This document shows positions 21,322 to 32,412 of a stretch of 45,484 nt of DNA, piece by piece. The position numbers were made by a program, and so were the translations under genes. Numbering within the stretch: the stretch's first letter is position 1; the number at the start of each line of letters is the position of its first letter. The stretch is taken from assembly GCF_004010195.1 (NCBI RefSeq), contig NC_057718.1:46325142-46370625 (forward strand), read 5' to 3'. The notes below the pieces were generated by a model that was not told the origin of the DNA, did not search any database, and saw only the letters and a program-made list of their open reading frames with translations. The DNA is from Chiloscyllium plagiosum (lineage: Eukaryota).

Positions 21322-24300
21322 ATGGCTAATGACTTGATTAGAAGGTGCACCTGGAACAGCAAGGGGAGTCAGTCACCAATTAAGAGGAAGAAGGTACTTT
21401 CGAGCCTTAGAAAGGAAAAGATGGATATTGCTTTGTTACAGGAGACATACTTGGATGATGGGGAGCATTTGAAACTACAGCAGAATGACTTTGATCAGGT
21501 TTACTTTTCATCTTTTAACACCAGAAGTGGGTGAGTGGCTGTATTGATTAGAAGGAATCTCCCATTTAAGTTACTAGAGTGTGTTAAAGACACACCCAGG
21601 AGGTTTGTAATCCTCAAAGCCCTGATAAATGGGGAAGAATGTGATGTTTTAAATGCTTATTGCCCTCTAAATTGTGTTCTCTAAATTGATCAGTCTCGGG
21701 TCCCAGCATATTGTTAGAGGGGGAGATTTTAACTGTCTCATGGATCCCACAGTAGACAGGTTGCCCAAAGGCCCCTCGATACCCTCTGTACAAACTAAAC
21801 AATTAGTGGATCTGTGTGTGGAGTAAGGGTTGGTGGATGTCTGGAGGCGTCTCCACCCTACAGGTAGGGATTTTATGATTTTTTCCAATCTGCACAGATG
21901 TTACACCAGGATTGATTTTCTTTCTGACCCCCGTGGCAACCCAGGACAGGGTGGCATCTTGTACGATTGGTAATATTACCATCTCTGATCATGGCCCAGT
22001 GTCCCTGTTGGTTAAGATTAAGGATGTTACAGTGGGCCCAAGGCACTGGCCAATGGATCCCTTTATCCTTAAGGAAAATAAGTTTGTGGAGTACTTTTCC
22101 AGGGAATTTTGGGCGTTCTTACACATTAACTCAGGCTCAGTTAGTAGCCCATCTATCCTTTGGGAAACTGTAAACGCCTATGCCAGGGGGTTAGTTATTT
22201 CCTACTCTGCCTGTAGGAAGCGGCAGAAGGGCGAGCAGCAACGTCTCCTCAAAGCACGATTGAAGGCAGCTGAGAAAGGCTTACTTTGACAGGCCCTCTT
22301 GATGAGGCTGCAGAGGATTACAGCGCCGTGGTCTGCATTGAATTTCGTGCTCACAAAGACATCAAAGAAGGAACTTACTTTTGCAAAGCTAAGGTTATAT
22401 GAACGTGGTGACAAGCCAGGCAAGTACTAGCATATCTCGCCAGAAAAAGGAGCGCCCTCAAACTGGGAAGGGTCTGGAAACCTAACATGTGATCCCAAAA
22501 AGATTAATGTGGAAATCCAGAGATTTTACTCTAAGTTATACCAATCTGAGAGTTGTGAGGAGGGGTGGACCAAGATGGAATCCTTTTTTAAGGATCTGGA
22601 GCTCCCAGGCGTGACTCCCTAACAAGAGTCCTTTCTCAATTCTCCCTTGTCAGAGCAAGAGGTGCAGGAGGCTGTGAAACAGCTTCAGAATGGGAAGGCA
22701 GCTGGTCCTGATGGACGTCCCAGTGAATTCTATAAGGAATTTATAAACATATTGTCAGGCCCGATGTTCAACATGTTCAATGACGCATACAGTCATGATC
22801 ATCTCCCGCCATCTCTAAGAGAGGTCAATATTTCGCTTATTCTTAAACAAGGGAAGGTCCCAGAGGACTGTGCTTCATACAGGCCCATTTCACTTTTGCA
22901 TTAAGGCTGGAAACTGTGTTAGCTTCTATTGTTAAAGAGGATCAAACGGGCTTCATAAAGGTTTGCAGATCCTTCAATAATGTTAGGAGGCTGCTTAAAG
23001 TAATTCAAGCATGTCAACAATAGTCAATCCAGGGATTGGTGATTTCTCTAGATGCAGGGAAGGCATTTGACCGAGTTGAGTGGCTGGACCTTTTTTATAC
23101 TCTGGAGCAGTTGGCTTGTGTGAAGCCTTTATAAGGTGGGTAAAGATTCTCTACAGTGACTCCCTCGTGGCAGTAATTACCAATGGGGTACCATCAAGCA
23201 ATTTTAACATTTTTAGGGGTAGCTGGCAGGGATGTCCCCTTTCATCATTGCTTTTTACATTGGTGATTGAATCATTGGCAGAGACCATTCATGGGGATCC
23301 TAATATATCAGCTCTAGGAGTGGGGTCAAAATTACATAAGATTTTGGTGTACACGGATGATGTCCTTTTTTTGTCAAATCCAGCAGTTTCGGTGCCTTGC
23401 CTGACAAAATACATCAGCACGTTTGGTGTCTCTTATAAGATTAATGTTGCAAAATCAGAGGCTATGCTTATGGGTGGTCTTACGAAGGTGCTAGGTCTTG
23501 AGGGTGAATATCAATTCCCATTTAAATGAGTACGGGGGGGGAGTTTGTTATTTGGGCACATTCATTACTCCAGTTCTTGACTGGTTGTTCAAAGCTAATT
23601 TTTTTTAATTATTCGACAAAATCAAACAAGACCTTCAAAGAGGGGAGGCGCTTTCGGTCCCATGGTTATGTCGGATAGTGTTTATTAAGATGAATATTCT
23701 CCCCTGTTTGTTGTACCCTAGACAGATGCTCCCCCTGATTTTGATAAGCCAATATTCAGGAGACTGAATGTCTGGTTCTGCTCTTTTATTTGGCATCGTA
23801 AGCAGCCCCTTATTAAATTAGTTAAACTGTAATTGCCTCACAGATTGGGGGGAGTGGATCTCCTGGACATCAAAAACTATCGCTTTTATTTTACATGAGT
23901 GATTGGGCTTGTGGGGACCCTCTTTCATTATGGCTAGATATCAAAACCTCTCAGGCAAAAGTGAGGACTGCAGATGCTGGAAACCAGAATTTAGATTAGA
24001 GTGGTGCTGGAAAAGCACAGCAGGTCAGGCAGCATCCGAGGAGCAGGAAAATCGGCATTTCAGGCAAAAGCCCTTCAAAGATTGATTTTCCTGCTCCTCG
24101 GATGATGCCTGACCTGCTGTGCTTTTCCAGCACCACTCTAATCTAATCAAAACCTCTCAGGCAGGGTGCCTCCTTACTAGCTTGCTGTTTCTGGACAAAA
24201 TAACCCAATAGTTATCAATACTATTACAGCATGGAGGGCAATTCGGCAGATGGAAGGCAATATTGGCAAAAGATCTTCTCTTACACATATAGTGGGAATG

Positions 24301-25215
24301 CTGGGTTTTCAACCAGGGATGATAGATTCAGAATTCAAACATTGGGCAGCTAGTGGTGTGTCTTGCATGGGCGATTTATTTGAGGGAATCACAATGATGT
24401 CCTTTGATCAGTTAGCACAGAAATACAATCTATCTACAGAGACCTCTAATTTTTTTCAAGTTAGGGATTTTATTCAAAAAAAGACTACACTTTTGACTGA
24501 TCCCTACAAATCCGACATCAAGAAGAGGGTGCTCAGTGCTGGAGTACACTTTCTCTTAGCACTTCATATCATCAATTGGAGGGTGCCCTCTCAGATGAGT
24601 TTGATCGACTCTGCAGGATGTGGGAGAGAGTGCTAGGTATTGAGGTCTCCTCAGAGGCATAGGAAGATTTTTGGGAAAACGCAAAAAAGATATCAATTTG
24701 CAATAGGACCCATGCTTTACAGTTAAAGATTCGCCATAGGGTCCACTTGGCTCCAGATCATTAGTCAAAATTTAAACCAGGGGTATCTTCAACCTGTCCC
24801 AAGTGCAAGGTTGGGACAGGCACACTTACCCATTGTCTCTGGTCCTGTGGTCAGCTTCAAACATACTACAGTGCTGTGGCAAGTGCAACGGAGGGGACTC
24901 TGGGTGTAAGCGTGGAGAAGGACTTGATCTCTCTTCTTTTGGGCCTGCCCAGTATGTTCCTTGTAGATGCACATAAGAAAAAAACCTTTCAACATCCTCA
25001 CTTTCGTCGCAAGAAAGTGTATCTTGTTTGGTTGGGTGCCCGAAAACCCTCCGGGCCCGTCGGATTGGTGGAAGATTGTTATGGAACAGATACCCTTGGA
25101 TTTTCTCGCAAGTATGGTACACCACAAAACTGAGAATTTCTATAAGACATAGTGACCCTTTTTGTAACACCTGGACACAGATTTGTCTGCCACACTAATT
25201 AGGGCTTTTATATAG
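21322..25215 (+). pseudogene. L1 ORF2 (APE endonuclease, reverse transcriptase, C-terminal CCHC), with many stops and frameshifts
   Basis: Endonuclease: 'TWNSKG', 'IALLQETYL', 'GGDFN', 'ISDH'. RT: 'AGPDG', 'YRPISLL', 'DAGKAFD', 'QGCPLS', 'YTDD'. Zinc knuckle 'CPKCKVGTGTLTHCLWSC' near 24795-24850. Confidence 0.92.
23958..24145 (-). mobile_element. Hairpin-shaped PLE-derived mini-insertion inside L1 ORF2
   Basis: 18-bp TSD ATCAAAACCTCTCAGGCA (23940-23957 / 24146-24163); 63-bp arms 23991-24053 / 24084-24146 with 1 mismatch; the loop is a truncated hammerhead on the minus strand (TGAAGGGCTTTTGCCTGAAATGCC). Confidence 0.9.
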
Positions 25216-25618
25216 CCGTAATGATTGTGTTTTACGAGTCCAATATCCAGAGAGGGGGATCTGCTAATGTATGAATATGTGAAAATTAATGCTCTCAATA
25301 TTTGAGAGTGTGTTTTGTTTGGCTGAGCTGAGTTATTATTATTTATTGGTTTGCTGTTGGTTATTATTTATTTAGTTAAGTAGTTAGTTGGATTTTTTAA
25401 TATATTTTTTCTATATATATTTATACACTTGTACATGGGGGTGGTTTGGGTTTTTTTTACTTTTTTTGGTGTTCTTTCTTTGTATTGTTTTGAATTGTAT
25501 TTCTTTGCATTTGTTGTAATATTAAAAAATCTATTTGTCAATAAATATATATTTTTAAAAAATATTCCGTCACTTGCTGAGGCAGGATTTGAACCCAGAT
25601 CACAGAACCTTGGACTCT

Positions 25619-25656
25619 GATTCCTGAAGAAGGGCTTATGCCCGAAACGTCGATTC
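25619..25656 (+). ncRNA. Minimal type I hammerhead ribozyme with an intact catalytic core
   Basis: GATTC-CTGAAGA-A-GGGC-TTAT-GCCC-GAAA-CGTC/GATTC: CUGANGA box, 4-bp stem II, GAAA box, palindromic stem III (ACGU), GUC cleavage triplet ending at 25651, and a short stem I. Confidence 0.8.
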
Positions 25657-25747
25657 TCCTGTTCCCTGGATGCTGCCTGACCTGCTGCACTTTTCCAGCA
25701 ACACATTTTCAGCTCTGATCTCCAGCATCTGCAGCCCTCACTTTCTC
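25623..25747 (+). mobile_element. 125-bp PLE pLTR insertion starting at the hammerhead
   Basis: Flanked by CTCTGATT (25615-25622) / CTCTGAAT (25748-25755); same family as 1-98. Confidence 0.85.
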
Positions 25748-26464
25748 CTCTGAATGAACAGTCCAGCAAAAGTACCACTAGGCCTTTACATCCCTATTGC
25801 TACATTTTTAAAATAAGCTCCTGTATCTTTTTGTTGTTACCAACTCGATTGATGGCAGATCTTATCTCATTAATAAATAGCTTTCTGGCATGGCAGCCAC
25901 CATGAGCAAACTGAACATTGAGAATTATTGACATGGAATTCAGAGTCAGTAATTGACAATTTCAGACCACTGCTGGTTCCAAAGGATCTCCATATTGGAC
26001 ATCAGGCACCAACATCTCAGGCTCACCTCTATGATTACCAGCTATGTACACCCAACATCCACAGATACTGCATCTGACAATTACCAGTCCTTAACAACCA
26101 CCACGGCATATCTCTGAAGTTGGTATACTTAGGTTGGTGCAGTGAAAAGGTCATAGACATTCTTCCTACATTACTGGGCATTCCTCCAGATGGCTAACAG
26201 TGCACTCACCAGACCCGTATGGTCTGATGTCCTTTACTGCCTACTCTGGGAGATGAGGATGTCTTGCCTCTGCACTATGCCATCAACTAGGCCACCAGGT
26301 CACTGCCGGCAAAGGATGTCATTGATTTTCCCCTTATCCGCCATTTCTGGGGCAAATACCAGGAATTGCAAAGAGCAATCCTGGACTGACAATAGTTGCC
26401 TGGGTGTGCAACAGACTTTTAAATATAGCACTGGCATCATTCATGCCAACATATTTTTTTTATA

Positions 26465-26774
26465 TTAGATTACTTACAGCGTGGAAACAGACCCTTCGGC
26501 CCAACAAGTCCACACTGACCCGCTGAGGCACAACCCACCAAGATCCATTCCCTTACATTTACCCCTTCACCTAACACTACGGACAATTTAGTATGGCCAA
26601 TTCACCTAACCACATTTTTGGATTGCGCGAGGAAACCGGAGCACCCGGAGGAAACCCATGCAGACATGGGGAGAATGTGCAAACTCCACACAGACAGTTG
26701 CCTGAGGCAGAAAATGAACCTGGTCTCTGGTGCTGTGAGGCAACAATGCTAACCACTGTGCCACCGTGCTGCCC
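26465..26774 (-). mobile_element. HE1-type SINE, full length
   Basis: Reverse complement of the 16693 family; probable TSD ACATATT (26449-26455 / 26775-26781). Confidence 0.93.
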
Positions 26775-27413
26775 ACATATTGTGACAATGGCAAGTTGTG
26801 TTGGGCATGGTGAGTGATAAATTGAGGCTAGAATAAAACAAAAGGGACACTATAGGGAGAGGTAGGGAGTTAATGGGGATAGTTTGCTAAGGTACAGCAA
26901 GAAAACTTGGTAGGCCCCATGGAGACAAGCCCTCCACGAAACTTGACAAAACTGTAGCAAAGAAAAAGTAAAATTCAGCCCTTCTGTTTATTTTGTTTTC
27001 TACATTATTTCTTTGCAGGAGATTGAGAATCTACACGGACTTCTCCAGCTAAGCTACACATCACTGTTTGGACCTGAGGGAGTACAGTTGCTAGATTGTC
27101 AAACATGCAATTACATATACAAATAGAGAGATATTTACCAATGGGTTGGTTTTTAATTCAGCATCTACTTCTTATTTGTTCTGTCTCTTCCTTTCTGCTC
27201 AATCACTTTCACTTCATTTCTTCCACTTGGCCTGTTCTCTAAATCAATGTTGATCCACGAGGTGAGGCGACAGGCCATTCCATCTGTTTTGCACTATGAT
27301 TGTGCAACTTGGGCCCAAACCAATTTTTTATTGGAGCCAAATGATTGTCTTCCTACAATCTTGCTGCTAATATTGACAACATGTTTCTATGAGATAAAAA
27401 AGATTCCTTAAGT

Positions 27414-28569
27414 TTAACAACATCCTCCCTATAGCAGGAAGACCAGAATTGTACACAGTATTTCAAAAGTAGCTTCACCAACATCCTGTACAGCCGCAAC
27501 ATGACATCTTAATTCATGCTCATTGTTATGACCAATGCAGAAAAGTGTACCAAGTGCCTCCTCAACACCCTGTTTACCCACAACTCCACTTTTAAGAACT
27601 GATGTACCTGCACCTTTCGGTCTCTTTGTTTGGCAACAGTCCCCAGGGGCCTACCATTAACTGTCATACTTTGATTGCCTTACCAAAATACAATACCCTA
27701 CATTTATCTAAATTAAACTCCATCTGCCATTTCTTTGCCCATTGGCCCATCTGTACTCTGAGATAATCTTCTTCACTGTCTATAGACCACCTATTTTGGT
27801 GTCATCTGCAAACTTACTAACTGTACCACCTACATTCACATACAAATCATGTATTTAAATGACGAACAACAGTGGACCCAGCACTGATCTTTGTGGCACA
27901 CCACTGATTACAGGCCTCCAGACTAAAAACAACCCTCCACCACCAACTTCTGTCTCCTACCTTCAAGCCTATAATGTATCCAGTTGGCTAGATTTCCCTG
28001 GATTCCATGAGTATAAACTAGCTAAGTAGTCTAACATTCCCAACCTTGTTGAATGCTTTGCTGAAGTCTGTACAGACGATGTTGACTACTCTGCCTTTAT
28101 CAATCTTCTTTGTCACCTCTTCAAAATCTCAATCATGCACTAAGTCATGTTAATTATCCCTACAGTCCTTGCTTTTCCAAATGCATGTAAATCCTGTTCC
28201 TCAGAATACCCCCAGCACTGATGTCAGGCTCAACAGGCTATAGCTCCCTGGCTTTTCCTTACAGCTTTTCTTCAATAATGGCAGCACATTAGCCAACCTC
28301 CACTCTTCCAGCACCTCACCTGTGGCTATCAATGATACAAGTATCTCAGTAAGGGGCTCAGCAATCATTCCCCTAGCTTCCCAAAAGCTGCCAGAGGAAT
28401 AGTTACAATTCTAACATTTAAAACGCATCTGGATGAGTATATGAATAGAAAGGATTTAGAGGGGTATGGGCCAAATGCTGGCATGTGGGAGTAGGTCAGA
28501 TTGGGATGTCTGCTCAGCGCAGATGAGTTGGTCTGTTTCTATGCTGTATGACTTTATGACTCTGTGACT
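27414..28569. mobile_element. CR1 LINE with a 5' inversion: RT segment on minus (27414-28385) joined to the 3' end on plus (28388-28569)
   Basis: The minus part has VPQRSVLGPLLFVI, KFADDTK and QFWS motifs; the plus part ends in a (TATGACTC)-type tail; CTTAAGT is present at both flanks (27407-27413 / 28570-28576). Confidence 0.75.
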
Positions 28570-28802
28570 CTTAAGTCAGGATGCTTTCCATTTCATTTTC
28601 TGTGTACTATACTGAGTTTTAGATTTTTCTTGTGTTTTATTATTGGGCTCTGTTATTTCACTGCAAGCAACTGCAGGGAATACTTCTGCTTCATAATTTG
28701 ATTTGTTCTGATTTCTGGAAATGTCCTTCTTTTCATTCCCATGCAAGTCACAAATTTTATATAACCTGCTCTGTGCTCCAGTAATTCTAGTTCAACCAAT
28801 GC

Positions 28803-28864
28803 AGGCCCAGTCTACACTTGAATATTTGCATAAAGGCCCAGTATACACTTGAGTATTTGCATAA
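28803..28864. repeat. 31-bp tandem duplication, each unit carrying an octamer motif ATTTGCAT
   Basis: AGGCCCAGTCTACACTTGAATATTTGCATAA / AGGCCCAGTATACACTTGAGTATTTGCATAA. Confidence 0.85.
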
Positions 28865-29924
28865 AGGGATACAGTTTCTGTCAAAAAGTTTTCTATAGGA
28901 AATGGTAATCTCCACGGACAGTGAATATTGAATGAGGACTTGCATTGTTGAAAAGCTGGACTGAAATTCTGGATTGACTGAGTGCTAAAGTTACTATCAC
29001 AGGAGGTCACTTTGACATAAATATGGATGTTTGGCTTAAAGTTTTACTATTTTAATCATATTATTGCATAAGACTGACAGTATAACTATATCCCTTTGAT
29101 AATAAAGAACAGAGTCCCAGTCTGGATTGTAATCATTTGCATTAAGACCATGAGTTTGCATGGCTTTATATTTGACTGAGTCTGGAACTGGAGTTTTTTC
29201 CAGATCTTGTAGAACACTGGTTACTGACTGAGTTAAATGATCCTAGCCTATCTCCAATACTGCCAATATTTACCAGTCTTTAACAAACAGCTTCATCATT
29301 CAATGGCCCCACTACAAACCCTGCCAAGAAATATCAATTCTGTATTAATAAAATCATTGCCTTGGACCTACCAGCACTAAAGGCGCCACTTTATTTTCTG
29401 CTCACTGTCCAATATGTTTGTTGCAGTGATTAGATCACTACTCATCATTCAGATGGAAAACTAACTATGTTGTATGTCAACAAAGGAGAGTAAACTGTTC
29501 TCCTCTCTGGAGAATACCTTGCAATATGTCTCACACCCAACTCATACAGCTGCTTGTGTATTTAACAAGCCTTTAAACAGTTGGCCAGAGATATACCATT
29601 TCTTTATTTCATCACAGATTATGCTTTGTGCCTTCATAATTGGTTCTTTCAATCACTTGTGACTACAACTTTTTTCACTCTTGGCCCTAGCTTTGGTTGT
29701 TAAAGCCTGATAAGTATTAAATTAAAAAAAGTCTCAGATGCAGCAAGTAATGTTTCATAAAGTTAGTGCCTCACTGTGTGAGCAGGAGCCTGCAGTGAAC
29801 CTACCAGCCAAAATATTCTCCTTACCTTACTGGATGTTCTTCTTGTATCAAAATTAAGAAGCAGAACATTCAAGTTACTTGTTGACTGCTCTATTTCCAA
29901 ACTTTGTGTAACAATATGACACTA

Positions 29925-30248
29925 AGATTAGATTCCCTACAGTATGGAAACAGGCCATTTGGCCCAACATTCCACACTGATCCTATGAACAGCAACTCAC
30001 CCAGACCCATTCCCTTACCCTATATTTACTCCTGACTAATGCACCTAACACAATGGGCAACCAAGTGTTGCCAATTCACCTGACCTGAACATCTTTGGAT
30101 TTTGGGAGGAAACCGGAGCACCCGGAAGAATCCCACGCAGACACTGGGAGAATGTGCAAACTCTTCACAGTTGCCCAAGGGTGGAATTGAACCCGGGTCC
30201 CTGGCACTGTGAGGCAGCAGTGTTAGCCACTGAGCCACCATGCCACCC
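29925..30248 (-). mobile_element. HE1-type SINE, full length
   Basis: The minus strand starts GGGTGGCATGGTGGCTCAGTGGCTAACACTGCTGCCTCACAG, has B box GGTTCAATTCC, and ends ...ACTGTAGGGAATCTAATCT. Confidence 0.92.
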
Positions 30249-30501
30249 AAAAACCCTGAATTATGCCGATATTAAAACTTTAATCCTTTTCCATTTTAAT
30301 TTTAGGATTAGTGAAGTCCACATAGCAGATGCATTTGCAATGTGATAAAATTTAAAGTTTGCACTTATGTCCCTCAGAGGTACAGTAGAATTTATGTTAA
30401 TCTAGTACACTCTGAGTTCAATGGTGCTGAGAAATTTAAAATGATCATTTGTGAAAAACATAGTAAGAGAGTGCAATACATGCTGCTTTCTCCAGTTCAG
30501 T

Positions 30502-30850
30502 TATAGAATGATAGAGTAATACAGCATGGCAACAGACCCTTCAGTGCAACCCGTCCGTGCTGACCAGACATGCCAATCTGACCTAGTGCTATTTTCCAGC
30601 ATTTGGCCCATATCCCTCTAAAAGCTTCCTACTCACATACTCATCCAGATGCTTTTTAAATATTGTAATTGTACCAGCCTCCACTGGCAGCTCCTTCCAT
30701 TCACGCACCAGCTTCTGCATGAAACGTTACCCCATAGATCAAATCTTTCAAATCTTTTCCCTCTCACCCTTAAACCTATGCACTCTAGTTTTGGACTCCC
30801 CTACCCTGGGGAAAAGGGTATTGACTATTCACTCTATCCCTGCCCCTCTA
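30502..30850 (-). mobile_element. CR1/HER1 LINE 3' end
   Basis: Diverged match to 8213-8516. Confidence 0.85.
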
Positions 30851-31123
30851 AAACCCCTCTACAAGTGATAAAAGCATCTCTCCATGATGGATATATACAC
30901 TGACCCAAATATACTTTTATGGTGGCAGCATAACAATAACCCCCACTCATTCCCACACCTGGCATCCTTGCTTCATGTGGTAGATGTCACTGGTTCTTCA
31001 TATATACTTGTCATGGTGGGATGGAAGTACAGAATAGTTATTCAAGAGCAATCAAAGTGTTAAGTACTACCATAAGGCTATGTCCTATCAAATAAAGGCA
31101 GACCACAAGGACAACCAACACTT

Positions 31124-32076
31124 TCTGCTCCTGGGCCTGGCCAAACTGGCCATCAACAGATCCAGGCAGCGGGCCGTGGAGGGGGTCGTTAGGGCCGACT
31201 GCCTGCCCCTCTTCCGCGGTTACGTTAGAGCCCGGGTGTCCTTGGAGAAGGAGCACGCGGCGTCGACCAACACCCTGGAGTTGTTCAGGGAGAGGTGGGC
31301 GCCGCAGGGAGTGGAGTGCATCATTTCTCCCTCCAACTCTATTTTGATTTAGTCCCCACCCACCCCTTCACTGTTTTGATCACACAGCACTGCCCTCTGA
31401 TGTGAAGGGCAGTGCTTGTCACTGGCCACCCGGGAAGAAAAATAAAACAAAAAAAAAATAAACAGGAGTGTCTGATCTTTGGGCACCCGGTACGGAGGAA
31501 GGAGGCCAGGTCTGAAGACCTCCTCGTGGGTCTGCTCCTGGGCCTGGCCAAACTGGCCATCAACAGGTCCAGGCAGCGGGCCGTGGAGGGGGTCGTTAGG
31601 GCCGACTGCCTGCCCCTCTTCCGCGGTTACATTAGAGCCCGGGTGTCCTTGGAGAAGGAGCACGCGGCGTCGACCAACACCCTGGAGTTGTTCAGGGAGA
31701 GGTGGGCGCCGCAGGGAGTGGAGTGCATCATTTCTCCCTCCAACTCTATTTTGATTTAGTCCCTACCCTCCCCTTCACTGTTTTGATCACACAGCACTGC
31801 CCTTTGACGCGAAGGGCAGTGCTTGTCACTGGCCACCCGGGTGTTTTCCTATATTCCTGGTGGTGGAAATTGAATAAAGATTGGTGCACTTTGTGTCTTT
31901 CACTGTGTCTCACACCTGCACACACACACCATGGGTGCTGGGGAAAAAAATAAGCACTACCGCACTTAGGTGGTAAGAAAAAAAAGAAGAAAAAAGAAAG
32001 AAAAAAAAAGAAAAAGGGGAGTGAAGGGCAGTGTTTGTCACTGGCCACCCAGGTGTTTTCCTATCTAAAACAAAAA
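31124..32076 (+). mobile_element. Tx1-clade LINE: three tandem 3'-end fragments inside one TSD
   Basis: 14-bp TSD GACAACCAACACTT (31110-31123 / 32077-32090). Pieces 31124-31434, about 31465-31974 and 32021-32064 are each followed by an A-rich tract. The ORF2 C-terminus 'LLLGLAKLAINRSRQRAVEG...LFRERWAPQGVECII' occurs twice; the sequence is GC- and CpG-rich. Confidence 0.85.
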
Positions 32077-32412
32077 GACAACCAACACTTCAAACAACAC
32101 CTCAAAATAACCTGTGTTTCATACATTGTCCCAATTTATGTCGTTTCATGAAGGACTTTACTCAGTGAAGCCTAGCAACTTCTCTTACAGCATCTTATCA
32201 AGTGGACCTTACTAAATACCGAACCCATCACTGTGTCTGAGCCCATGCTATCATTTGACTTATACGGAATAACTCACCGCTGCTGGGATATCTCAGAATG
32301 GAATGACATCTCTGGTACCAGTGCCATTTTTAAGAGACCATTCTGCGCCTTGCCCGCTGCCTTTAAATTGGAGCTGCCCTGCCCTGCACTGTTCCTGACA
32401 TTAGCCCCAAAG

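Larger units (their letters stand above)
19704..25562 (+). mobile_element. Full-length but inactivated L1-clade LINE (5'UTR, ORF1, long spacer, ORF2, 3'UTR)
   Basis: Starts GGGGGATCCAAGATGGCG; AATAAA at 25540 followed by an A-rich end; imperfect TSD ATTCTGTCATT (19693-19703) / ATTCCGTCACT (25564-25574); ORF1 and ORF2 motifs as listed below. Confidence 0.92.
25564..25794 (-). mobile_element. SacSINE1-like SINE 5' part (tRNA head), interrupted by a PLE fragment
   Basis: GGCAGGATTTGAACCC (B box, reverse complement) and GTCCAGCAAAAGTACCACTAGGCC (A box region, reverse complement); continues the fragment at 19671-19703. Confidence 0.7.

Noticed and set aside
27019..27125. Strong splice acceptor (...TATTTCTTTGCAG) followed by an open frame EIENLHGLLQLSY...
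   Set aside because: No good donor follows (CAG/CTAAGC is not GT) and the peptide was not recognised; unsupported without RNA data.
31080..31352. 90-aa ATG-initiated ORF running from flank into Tx1 ORF2
   Set aside because: It is a chance in-frame fusion at the insertion junction, with no evidence of expression.
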